Of a stretch of 32,000 nt of DNA, positions 19,738 to 27,927 are shown one piece after another. The position numbers were made by a program, and so were the translations under genes. Source of the DNA: Lysobacteraceae bacterium. GTDB taxonomy: Bacteria > Bdellovibrionota > UBA1018 > JAGTJX01. The first letter of the stretch is position 1. Each line of letters begins with the position of its first letter. Below the pieces are notes generated by a model that was given only the letters and a program-made list of their open reading frames with translations, had not been told where the DNA came from and ran no database searches. The stretch is from contig JAGTJX010000003.1 of the NCBI GenBank assembly GCA_023657465.1, forward strand, positions 39,436 through 71,435, written 5' to 3'.

Positions 19738-20390
19738 AGAATTTAGTTCTTGTTCTCACGTTTGGGTTTGCCATTATTCAAGGCTGCTCATCTGTTCCAA
19801 GATCGAAGTCCAAGCGTATTGGCCTTGCAGAGCGCTGGTCTCATCCCATGGAAAATTTTGAATCAGAAAAACTGGGTCGTAAACTCGACACCAAAGACTT
19901 TGATTCTATTCCTACAAAAACTGCAGATTTAGGAACTTGGATCTGGCCATTGGAAGATGTGAAAATTAATTCGAGATTCGGCAAGCGTAGACGTGGATTC
20001 CATGAGGGGATTGATCTCAAAGCTGCAGTAGGTACTCCAGTCTATGCCACTCAGGCGGGTCAAGTGATCTATGCGGATAACAAAATCGGTGGATATGGAA
20101 ACATGGTCGTTGTGAAACACTCGACAGGATTGTTTTCAGTTTATGCTCACTTATCCAAAATGAGTGTCGAAGCAGGCGAGCATATTAAGCAAAGAGATCC
20201 GATTGGACTCAGCGGTAAGAGTGGAAGAACACGCGGCCCACATCTTCACTTCGAAGTGAGAAGAGGATCGGTTGCTCTAAATCCAGTGAATTTCTATGAA
20301 CGTGGTAATCTCTTCACAGCTCCTGGACGTGCACTTGCTTCAAAAACAAAATCAGTGAAGATCTCAAAATCAAAACGACGGAGGTCATAA
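19734..20390 (+). CDS. M23-family (LytM-like) peptidase, putative lipoprotein
   Basis: Lipobox-like FAIIQGC; RKRRGFHEGIDLKAAVGTPVYATQAGQVIY, GLFSVYAHL, GRTRGPHLHFEVRRGSVALNPVNF. Confidence 0.92.
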   Translation: MKNLVLVLTFGFAIIQGCSSVPRSKSKRIGLAERWSHPMENFESEKLGRKLDTKDFDSIPTKTADLGTWIWPLEDVKINSRFGKRRRGFHEGIDLKAAVGTPVYATQAGQVIYADNKIGGYGNMVVVKHSTGLFSVYAHLSKMSVEAGEHIKQRDPIGLSGKSGRTRGPHLHFEVRRGSVALNPVNFYERGNLFTAPGRALASKTKSVKISKSKRRRS

Positions 20391-20396
20391 GGCTTT

Positions 20397-21080
20397 ATGG
20401 AAACAACACTTTCATTCATTCAGCTTGTTGAGTTTTTCCTTCCTAAGCTTGGATTTGCAGTCGTTTGTGGTGGCGTGCTGGGTTTAGAGCGTGAAATGAA
20501 AATGAAGCCTGCAGGTATCAAGACTAATATTCTGATCTGCGTAGGCTCTATGCTTTTCACTGGCGCTTCCGTTTTGATCTCATCTACTAATGCAGCATCT
20601 GGACATTACGGTGATGCTGGAAGGCTAGCGGCTCAAGTCGTGTCTGGTATTGGTTTTCTAGGCGGTGGCGTGATCATGCAATCTCGTGGCACGGTCGTGG
20701 GTCTCACCACTGCTGCGACAATGTGGGTGGTCTCAGCGTTAGGTATATGTGTGGGCTTGGGTCATGGTTGGATCGCTGTAGCGATTGCAGTAGGCGTAGT
20801 CCTCATGCTCATTGTGACTACTTTCTTCGAGCATCAAGTATTCCAAAGACAGCAAAGTTTTGAATGTGAAGTCTCTGCACACGACCCTCGCGGTGAGTTC
20901 AAGGACAAGGTGAGTCAATATCTTGCGGCCAATGATCTCTCGATTGAGGACTATGATCTCGCCAAAGATGGCGACATTAAAAGGCTGCGTGTTAAGTGTC
21001 ATGGCCGTTCTAAGGACTATCGCAAATTCATCTTAGATCTCTGGGAACTCGAGTCCATCGAGGAAGTAAAACAAAGATAG
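20397..21080 (+). CDS. MgtC/SapB family protein
   Basis: LGLEREMKMKPAGIKTNILICVGSMLFT, AQVVSGIGFLGGGVIMQSRGTVVGLTTAATMWVVSALGICVGLG. Confidence 0.93.
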   Translation: METTLSFIQLVEFFLPKLGFAVVCGGVLGLEREMKMKPAGIKTNILICVGSMLFTGASVLISSTNAASGHYGDAGRLAAQVVSGIGFLGGGVIMQSRGTVVGLTTAATMWVVSALGICVGLGHGWIAVAIAVGVVLMLIVTTFFEHQVFQRQQSFECEVSAHDPRGEFKDKVSQYLAANDLSIEDYDLAKDGDIKRLRVKCHGRSKDYRKFILDLWELESIEEVKQR

Positions 21081-21443
21081 TTCACTCTGAGCCTTTATTG
21101 CCTTTATTCGTACTCAGTATTTAAACTTTCCCTATCCTTACCTTTAGTACCTTCTTAAAAGGTTCTTCCAAGCGTTATGCGTCTTCTCTTTTATACTTTT
21201 ATATACTTTTATATACTTTTATGTATTGCTTTCGGTCGGGCTCCTTTGGCGCTTAACTTCAAATTTATACAATATTTGCAGCTAGCGCTTATCGACTCGC
21301 ATCAAGCTCGATAAAACCTCATTCCATACATAAAAGTATAAGAGAGAAGTAGAAGAAAGCAGGAGCTGCCCTCTTAGTAAAGTACTAAAGGCCAAGGATA
21401 GAAAGAGAGTAAGTGATGAGTACAAATAAAGGCTCAGAGTGAA
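21081..21443. repeat. 363-bp imperfect inverted repeat with 19-nt perfect ends, MITE-like
   Basis: ttcactctgagcctttatt (21081-21099) vs aataaaggctcagagtgaa (21425-21443); further matching blocks inward and a 10-bp tandem repeat in the left arm. Confidence 0.88.
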
Positions 21444-21485
21444 AAATCTCTTGAAAAAATCACTAGTTATACTTACCGTAAAGAT

Positions 21486-21767
21486 ATGACCAAAGCAGAT
21501 CTTGTGAACCTCATCGCAGAAAAAGCCAAGCTCCAGCATAAGCAAGCTGAAGTCGTAGTGAACATGGTTTTTGATATGATGTCGGATTCGCTCAAGAAGG
21601 ATGACCGTATTGAGATCCGTGGCTTTGGATCATTTGTGAACCGTAGTTATGGAAGCTACAAAGGTCGTAATCCTAAAACAGGAGATATGGTCGAAGTTCC
21701 GTCGAAGCGCGTTCCGTTTTTCAAAGTGGGCAAAGAGCTCAAAGAAAAAGTCGACGCTTCAAAATAG
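21486..21767 (+). CDS. HU/IHF-family DNA-binding protein
   Basis: MTKADLVNLIAEKAKLQHKQAEVVVNMVFDMMSDSLKKDDRIEIRGFGSFVNRSYGSYKGRNPKTGDMVEVPSKRVPFFKVGKELKEKV. Confidence 0.95.
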   Translation: MTKADLVNLIAEKAKLQHKQAEVVVNMVFDMMSDSLKKDDRIEIRGFGSFVNRSYGSYKGRNPKTGDMVEVPSKRVPFFKVGKELKEKVDASK

Positions 21768-21776
21768 AAACTCCCA

Positions 21777-22580
21777 TTAAAAGAATAACGTCACGACTGC
21801 GCCAACAACGCCTATCGCAATTCTGTACCAACCGTAGTTCGAGAGGTTTCTCGATTCAATGGTTTGTTTGAATGAGATCGCAGCGAAGTAACTTCCGACT
21901 GAAGCCAATACAATCGCTAAAAATACATTGATTGATAACCATTCTGTTCCACCGGCTTGAGTAGCCTCCAAGGCTTGAGCAAGGAGAAACGGAGTCGCAG
22001 TGAGGGCTGCGTACTTATAGATAGCGTCCCAATGGTAATGCTTCATTCCGCCTACGATCACAGCAGGAGAGAATAATCCCACGCCTGGAATCAAGCTTGT
22101 GATCTGAGCGATTCCTACGACGATGGAGTCGATGAGATTCCATACGAAGAAAGTCTTAAGTCTCCTGTTCTGTGACTGGATGCGGAGGAACGAGAGACCA
22201 ATAACAAAGCTCACGATCCAGAGAGTCCAGGGGGATTGAAAGAGTGAATTGATTCCTGGCTCAGGAAGGTATGTCTTCAGGAAAAGAGTAGGGGCAACTA
22301 TGAAAATGAGAAAAAAAGGAAACCGCTCATCAAATGTCATGGGCTTCTTGCGATAAAGAATCATCGTGATAGTCGAACTCACAATACTGAGCCAATCGTG
22401 AATGAATGCAAAAAACATTCCCGCGAATAGTCCCCAGTTGATGGCTGATGCGACAGTCGTATCGCTCATGCTCCATCCAGTGAACTGGGTGAGGAGAGTC
22501 AGGTGAGCTTGAGCGCCGACTGGAATGATTTCTGTAACAGATGTGAGAAGCGACAGAATGATGACTTGGAACGTAGACAT
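21777..22580 (-). CDS. UppP/BacA-like membrane protein with atypical catalytic motifs
   Basis: Multi-pass protein with LTSVTEIIPVGAQAHL and VGIAQITSLIPGVGLFSPAVIVGG in the positions of the UppP motifs. Confidence 0.65.
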   Translation of the reverse strand: MSTFQVIILSLLTSVTEIIPVGAQAHLTLLTQFTGWSMSDTTVASAINWGLFAGMFFAFIHDWLSIVSSTITMILYRKKPMTFDERFPFFLIFIVAPTLFLKTYLPEPGINSLFQSPWTLWIVSFVIGLSFLRIQSQNRRLKTFFVWNLIDSIVVGIAQITSLIPGVGLFSPAVIVGGMKHYHWDAIYKYAALTATPFLLAQALEATQAGGTEWLSINVFLAIVLASVGSYFAAISFKQTIESRNLSNYGWYRIAIGVVGAVVTLFF

Positions 22581-22604
22581 ATTAGTTAAGTATATCGAAA
22601 TGAA

Positions 22605-23161
22605 TCACTGATACCAGTCCAATATTAAAGAACCTTCACTGACAAAAAAGGATGAAGCAGGTGCAGTGTTGGAAGTAAAATAAGGAGTATTAACCCAGTT
22701 CTGTAGATGATAGGCCGCAACTACTCCAAGCTGAACACCCTTCATGATGGGTTTCAGTGTGCTGAGATAGATCCAGTGCTTGTAAACTAATCCTATTGCA
22801 TAGTTCAGCGGAACGTAGGTTTCATACTGAAAAAAAAAGTTCAAAGGGGTGAGTCGTTCTCCATCCAGACATTGTCCTTCTCTCAAATGACAGTGTAAAA
22901 CTTAGTACCTCTCACTCCCATGACGGCGCTCTTTGTTCTTGCAGTTCACTTGAGCGAAGACTGCGCCGCTATCGAGCATCACCGTTGGTGTTGACTCATT
23001 CGTAAGAGTGACTTCTTGAGTACTGTTCCAGTAGGCTCAAGAGTCAATGTGCCAGTAAGTTCTGAAACAGTTCCCATGAGTGCAAGCGATTGAGTCGAGA
23101 GTAAGAGAGCGAATAGTGTGTTCATGTGAACTATTGTTGCAAATATTAGTAGAAACGACAC
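22605..23161 (-). pseudogene. frame-disrupted exported FecR-like gene remnant
   Basis: Signal-peptide-like MNTLFALLLSTQSLALMG, then shifted frames VTLTNESTPTVMLDSGAVFAQVNCKNK (stop at 22902) and MGVRGTKFYTVI (stop at 22883), then open frame HLREGQCLDG... to 22605. Confidence 0.55.
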
Positions 23162-23176
23162 TAGTCAGTACGTTGA

Positions 23177-25246
23177 CTACTTTTTTCTAGATACGCGGTT
23201 TTTAGATCTAGATTTACCTTCTACAGGCTTACTATTGTACTGATCAGTCGTTTTGATGCCATCCAGTGGTGATTTGCGTTCATCAAATCTTGGTAATCCA
23301 GGAGGGAAGAAATCCTCTGGATCTTGTGGTTCATCAGCATTTGGAAAAAACGATCCACGTTCTTGGAATAAGAGTTGAATTGTTTCTTCGTCATAAATAA
23401 ATCCTACTGAGGAGTTTGCTGCAGAAGGACCTCGTTGATAACCTTGTCTTCCTAATAGTTCTCCTACGCGACCACCTTGCCCGTCTTCAGTAGTTGCATG
23501 AGTGTGCCCAGACATGCTGACACCGAAACTTGCACGCATTTGGGCAACACTAATACCTTTAGCACCGTTCACTCCGTTTTGGGCATGTTGAGAGACGTCT
23601 ACACCTTGCACCATTGAGAATGGATTAGGATTTTCAGGATCGATTCCAAGGCGGTAAGTATCTGAAGCTTTGAGAAACACGACTCTGTCTGTATTAATTC
23701 CATAATATTGGAAAATTCTTTTGTAAGGGTCAACTCCTTCATTGATTGCTTCGTAAGTTAACTTTAATACGAGCGGTAGATCTTTGGGTTTAGAGTTTTT
23801 AAAGAGATCCCCTGATTGAAGTTTTTTCATGAGCCATTCAGCACCATGATTATCTTCAGGAACTATGATTAGAGTATTCGGTAACATAGTCAGTAGTTGT
23901 TTCATCCAAGCAGCAGCGTTTTGAAAATGATTCTCTAAATCGAGAGCACCTTCACGGTCACTCATTGCCTTTGAGATGAGGCTTTCTAAAATATATCTAG
24001 AGTTTGGAGTGCCATTCACTAGATCTTCGAGAACAATGGCTCCTAATTGTGTTTCACCCTGTGTGTATTCGTACTCATTGAAGGCGCCGTATTTTGGGTT
24101 TTTCTCAATAATCTTCATGTGCTTCAAAAGCTCATTGACGGCTTTGAGTGAACCAGGATTAGTGATGCCTAAGTGAATGTCTCCTAAAACCATTCCAGGA
24201 ATAATTTTTAGTTTCTTTTTCCCTTCAGGAGTATAAACATTCCCCAAATCAGCAAATCCAATTGGCTTTTCCTGGTTATCTCTCATGAGTCTCACACGTC
24301 TGGGTGCTGAACCATAAGCACCACCGGAGACATCTGAGATGAGAGGACTATAATAGAGTCTAGAGTAAACAATCGCTGACTGGTTTTTTTCTGCAGTTTT
24401 TTGAGCTTTATAATCTGTGTTCATGCTCATATTGAATTCACCTTGATAAGCAGGTTCATTGAATGAACCCGTTGTCATGAAATAAGAAGGATGAGTGTCA
24501 AAGTTTCCAGTTGGTTTTGAATTTAATTTTACTTTGTTATGAAAAACAATGACTTTGTCCGCAGGAGAAAAATTTGCAAGATTCATTAAATCTTTCTCAA
24601 GAGGATTGACTCTTTTATCGTGATAGCCAGGATCGACCCAGTGCACGTTTTTAGTGTACTGAATATCTTCAAGCATGATGAAAACGTTTGGCATTTTGAA
24701 TAGTTCAGCAAATTTTTTAGGAATGCTTCCTAGTTCTTTGAAAGTAGGTGAGAAGATGAGAGGTGCTTTTAAATCTTTAGCCATCACTAATGCGGCTTGA
24801 AGTACTTTGTCATTGATATCTTGCCCCTGGCCTAGCTTACTCATGATGATTGAGCCCGAAGATCTAATTGCCTTCATCATCTCATCCTGTTTCTTCTGAG
24901 TGAAAAATCTGTGATCAATAACATTTTGAAATGCATCAGGAAATTTATTTATCGTATCATCAATAAAATTAGAAATATTTTTGTTAGAGCCAAAATACTT
25001 ACTCAGGCTTTTGGCATCTTCGATCTCGAGATAATTTGAAAACTCTGAGAGAATTTGAGAGGGGGTTTCTGGTATTTCGTTTTTCTCTTGGACGAACTCT
25101 TTGAATTGCTTCATGAGATCTTCAGGAGTCATTGAAATTGCTGTGGAGCACTTCTTTTCCCACTGATATTTAGAAGTGTGTTTATCTTCTTCAGCGAGCG
25201 TTATGTTAGGCATCAGAAAGAGAAAGGTTATCAGTGAGAGTTTCAT
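23177..25246 (-). CDS. exported calcineurin-like metallophosphoesterase, phage T5 A1-like motif arrangement
   Basis: Signal peptide MKLSLITFLFLMPNITLA; TTGSFNEPAY; VLGDIHLG; IVPEDNHGAEWL; HAQNGVNGAKG; MSGHTHA. Confidence 0.7.
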   Translation of the reverse strand: MKLSLITFLFLMPNITLAEEDKHTSKYQWEKKCSTAISMTPEDLMKQFKEFVQEKNEIPETPSQILSEFSNYLEIEDAKSLSKYFGSNKNISNFIDDTINKFPDAFQNVIDHRFFTQKKQDEMMKAIRSSGSIIMSKLGQGQDINDKVLQAALVMAKDLKAPLIFSPTFKELGSIPKKFAELFKMPNVFIMLEDIQYTKNVHWVDPGYHDKRVNPLEKDLMNLANFSPADKVIVFHNKVKLNSKPTGNFDTHPSYFMTTGSFNEPAYQGEFNMSMNTDYKAQKTAEKNQSAIVYSRLYYSPLISDVSGGAYGSAPRRVRLMRDNQEKPIGFADLGNVYTPEGKKKLKIIPGMVLGDIHLGITNPGSLKAVNELLKHMKIIEKNPKYGAFNEYEYTQGETQLGAIVLEDLVNGTPNSRYILESLISKAMSDREGALDLENHFQNAAAWMKQLLTMLPNTLIIVPEDNHGAEWLMKKLQSGDLFKNSKPKDLPLVLKLTYEAINEGVDPYKRIFQYYGINTDRVVFLKASDTYRLGIDPENPNPFSMVQGVDVSQHAQNGVNGAKGISVAQMRASFGVSMSGHTHATTEDGQGGRVGELLGRQGYQRGPSAANSSVGFIYDEETIQLLFQERGSFFPNADEPQDPEDFFPPGLPRFDERKSPLDGIKTTDQYNSKPVEGKSRSKNRVSRKK

Positions 25247-26433
25247 TTTTGATCTCTCCCAGGTTCAGCAAATATTTTTCTTCTTGCACTTTGCTCGACA
25301 CCGATCATCCAGTTTGTACAGGCGTGAGGGTTTTTTTCCATCGATTTTATGACGAAGGAAGATGCGTCTCTGAGACTCATCCCAAGTGATAGCTCGAAAA
25401 CTCTAAGCATGTCATCTGTTCTTTCGATTCTGTTCGGCCAGAAGACACTGACTCGGGACATTTTCTCAGTTTGTATGAGAGGACTATCATCCCAACTCTT
25501 GGGATTAGGATTTGCAAATACTTCGGGCTCAACTGCATTCACTAGAATGGGAATGACTCTCTGGCTACCCACTCCTGTATTTGAGAGTTTTTCAAAAAGT
25601 TCAGAAAGATCTTTGATGTGTTTTCTAGAGTTTTCGAACATCACTAAGAAATGAGGTGTTTTATGATTGTTCATCATCCTCTCAGAGAGATCATAATAGA
25701 GCTTAGAGAGATAATCTTTTTTGGATTCGTTGAATTCTAAAAATTTTGGATTTGTGAGATTGACGCTTGCGTTTAACTTCCAGTCTCTTTTCCCTAGTTT
25801 TAACTCGTCTCTAATGAGTTCAAGGGTAGCTTTGAGTTCTTCAGGTTCATGACCACGCATCGTGAGACCAGCTCCTACCAAGTGGTTTTCAAATTGCCTG
25901 CTAAACACGGCTGCAAAGTAAGCATAGCTTTCGAGTAAAAATTTGCCTTTTGTTTCTAGAGCTTCTGCAACAGCTTTATACATTGGCCCCTTCTTAGGGT
26001 CTTTGGTTCTCGTACGGAATTCTTCATAGCTGAACTCAGGATCAAGATAGTAGAATGCAGGAACGATTTTCTGGCCATCGCTCAGAGTGACTTCATCTTG
26101 CCCCATTCCAATTATAAATTTTCCATTCTCATCACGTCTGCCATGCATGAGCTTGGAACCAATTCTTGGACCAACGTTTCCTTCGTAGTCTTGAACTGGA
26201 ACGCAGATCTCCTCAGGAAGGCCTGAGATATTCGGGAACATTGCAGATTCAATTTGCTTGGCGCGTTTTAACCGGAAACATCCGATGTTCAGAAATAGAG
26301 TTCCGTCTATATCAAAAACAAAAACTGTACGCTGTTTGGGATCAATTATATTTTGTTCTTTGTCTTGCGCGTACACGGGTATCCCAGATGATATGAGGAG
26401 GCAGAGGAGTAGTGCGACTTTGAGTACCATCAT
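25243..26433 (-). CDS. exported HAD-superfamily-like protein
   Basis: Signal peptide MMVLKVALLLCLLISSGIPVYAQ; HAD motif I VFVFDIDGTLF; 4-nt overlap with the downstream metallophosphoesterase gene. Confidence 0.65.
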   Translation of the reverse strand: MMVLKVALLLCLLISSGIPVYAQDKEQNIIDPKQRTVFVFDIDGTLFLNIGCFRLKRAKQIESAMFPNISGLPEEICVPVQDYEGNVGPRIGSKLMHGRRDENGKFIIGMGQDEVTLSDGQKIVPAFYYLDPEFSYEEFRTRTKDPKKGPMYKAVAEALETKGKFLLESYAYFAAVFSRQFENHLVGAGLTMRGHEPEELKATLELIRDELKLGKRDWKLNASVNLTNPKFLEFNESKKDYLSKLYYDLSERMMNNHKTPHFLVMFENSRKHIKDLSELFEKLSNTGVGSQRVIPILVNAVEPEVFANPNPKSWDDSPLIQTEKMSRVSVFWPNRIERTDDMLRVFELSLGMSLRDASSFVIKSMEKNPHACTNWMIGVEQSARRKIFAEPGRDQK

Positions 26434-26486
26434 GACCTCTTCGGTACTGGATCAAATTACATTTAGTGACATTTTATTGACGAGTT

Positions 26487-27725
26487 GTGGTTAGTCCTAA
26501 TTGCTGTCAAGCTCTATCAATCATCAATCAGCACTATTTGCGGCCACAATCTGATTCTACTTCTCTGATATCTAAGCTCTGGGACTTCTGGCTATTAGGT
26601 GGTGCAAGCATTGTTTTTTGGGTGTTTATGATAACCCTTAAGCAACTCAAGGAATTTTCAGAACCATTGGAGAAACACTTCGTAGGTCTTGCTCCTGTTT
26701 TTGCCCTCTTACTGGTTTTCTGTAATTACCCGCACTTCATGATGTCCTATAAGTTTGCTTACGGGCAGGGGACGAAGTTTGTTTGGAAGAACTGGATCAG
26801 TCTCGTTGCTGTTCCTGTACTCCTGGCTGCGAGTTTTGGATTGGCATTCTTCCTATTCGAAACAGAGATCGATGCGTTTCAGTCTGTTGGGTTCATCAAT
26901 CTAGTCACAGATAAGGTGGGCTTGGACTTTCGTCTAGGTTCGCTGAAGAACTTAGGTACAGAGATACTCAGTTTCTCAGTGCTTCTCATGTTTCTTCTCG
27001 TGGGATGGCATTACTCCAAGCAAGTCTTCGGTTGTGTGATTCTCTACTCTCGCTATGAGAAGTATCCTCTCTCTCAGTTGCAAAGAAATTTAATCAAGTG
27101 GAGTTTGCTTTCTGTTGCTGTGTTTAATTTTCTTTATCTTTCAATCTATTCTCCTCAGTACAATTCTACTTCTGTTCCTAAGACTTATTTTCTGAATATT
27201 CCTTCTGTGCCTCTGGGATTACCAGGATGGTTTATTCCACTCAGTGAATTGATCGTTGGAGTACTCACAGTTGCAAGTGCTTACTTGATTTTCTATAGGA
27301 ACTACAAAAATAAAAAAATATTACCTAGCCTTAATCTCATCACGCCTTGGATCGCGTTTTATATCTGGTGGATTCCGGTTTCAAGTTTAGGTGAGTATTA
27401 TTTTCTTGCTGTGCCATTCTTCCATTCACTTCAGTATTTGGCTTTTGCATACAGAAGAGATGTTTCGCGTGCTCAGAATATGAAGAAGTTCAATTTTACT
27501 ATGTCAGTGAGAGTCGTGCTGCTTCTGTTTATGGGGCTTATAACGTTTGAGCTTCTACCTAGTTTCTTAGATTCCTACTCCGAGAGTTACTGGAATTTTA
27601 GGACGTGGTTCTTCATGATTTCGATTCCGGTATTCATTAATATTCATCATTACTTCATAGATAGTGTGACGTGGAAGTTTGAATCCAAAGAGGTGAGTGA
27701 GAGTTTATTAAAAAATTGGAGGTGA
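26487..27725 (+). CDS. multi-pass membrane protein of unknown function
   Basis: 412-aa ORF with about 10 hydrophobic segments; C-terminal FINIHHYFIDSVTWKF. Confidence 0.75.
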   Translation: MVSPNCCQALSIINQHYLRPQSDSTSLISKLWDFWLLGGASIVFWVFMITLKQLKEFSEPLEKHFVGLAPVFALLLVFCNYPHFMMSYKFAYGQGTKFVWKNWISLVAVPVLLAASFGLAFFLFETEIDAFQSVGFINLVTDKVGLDFRLGSLKNLGTEILSFSVLLMFLLVGWHYSKQVFGCVILYSRYEKYPLSQLQRNLIKWSLLSVAVFNFLYLSIYSPQYNSTSVPKTYFLNIPSVPLGLPGWFIPLSELIVGVLTVASAYLIFYRNYKNKKILPSLNLITPWIAFYIWWIPVSSLGEYYFLAVPFFHSLQYLAFAYRRDVSRAQNMKKFNFTMSVRVVLLLFMGLITFELLPSFLDSYSESYWNFRTWFFMISIPVFINIHHYFIDSVTWKFESKEVSESLLKNWR

Positions 27726-27792
27726 CGCCCGGACTCGAACCGGGAGATAACGGTTTTGCAAACCGTTCCCTTAGCCATTTGGGTACGTCACC
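27717..27792 (-). tRNA. tRNA-Cys(GCA), CCA encoded
   Basis: ggtgacgtacccaaatggctaagggaacggtttgcaaaaccgttatctcccggttcgagtccgggcgtcacctcca folds as a cloverleaf: 7-bp acceptor, anticodon loop ttGCAaa, T-arm cccggttcgagtccggg, discriminator U. Confidence 0.96.
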
Positions 27793-27806
27793 CCACAATA
27801 AAGACA

Positions 27807-27836
27807 AAACTAATCCTTAACGCTACGCATTGTCAA
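27807..27836 (-). promoter_or_regulatory. promoter candidate for tRNA-Cys
   Basis: Minus strand TTGACA-N18-TAGTTT immediately upstream of the tRNA. Confidence 0.6.
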
Positions 27837-27854
27837 TAAATCAAGCCATTGTGA

Positions 27855-27926
27855 CGATGGGCTGCTCTTGGGATCGTGGGACTGATCGCATTCATCATTG
27901 GTTTACTCATTGGAAATCGTAAATAA
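27855..27926 (+). pseudogene. C-terminal remnant resembling a DUF883/ElaB-YqjD-type protein
   Basis: RWAALGIVGLIAFIIGLLIGNRK* in an open frame directly preceded by a TGA stop and without a start codon. Confidence 0.5.
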
Positions 27927-27927
27927 A

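Noticed and set aside
21191-21220. Tandem 10-mers considered as a CRISPR-like array
   Set aside because: Only three immediately adjacent copies without spacers; a simple AT-rich tandem repeat within a larger inverted repeat.
21081-21443. Inverted repeat considered as a complete insertion sequence
   Set aside because: No transposase-like ORF inside and no clear target-site duplication; at most a non-autonomous or decayed element.
21282-21545. 87-aa minus-strand ORF antisense to the HU/IHF gene start
   Set aside because: Low-complexity Leu/Ser/Phe translation produced by the inverted-repeat element and the antisense of a conserved gene.
23177-26433. Prophage fragment explanation for the T5 A1-like gene
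   Set aside because: No neighbouring phage structural, integrase or lysis genes, and both gene products have bacterial export signals; ancient acquisition remains possible.
27717-27792. tRNA-Ala(UGC) assignment
   Set aside because: That reading comes from the plus-strand sequence; on the coding minus strand the loop is ttGCAaa, giving GCA (Cys), and the U discriminator agrees with tRNA-Cys.
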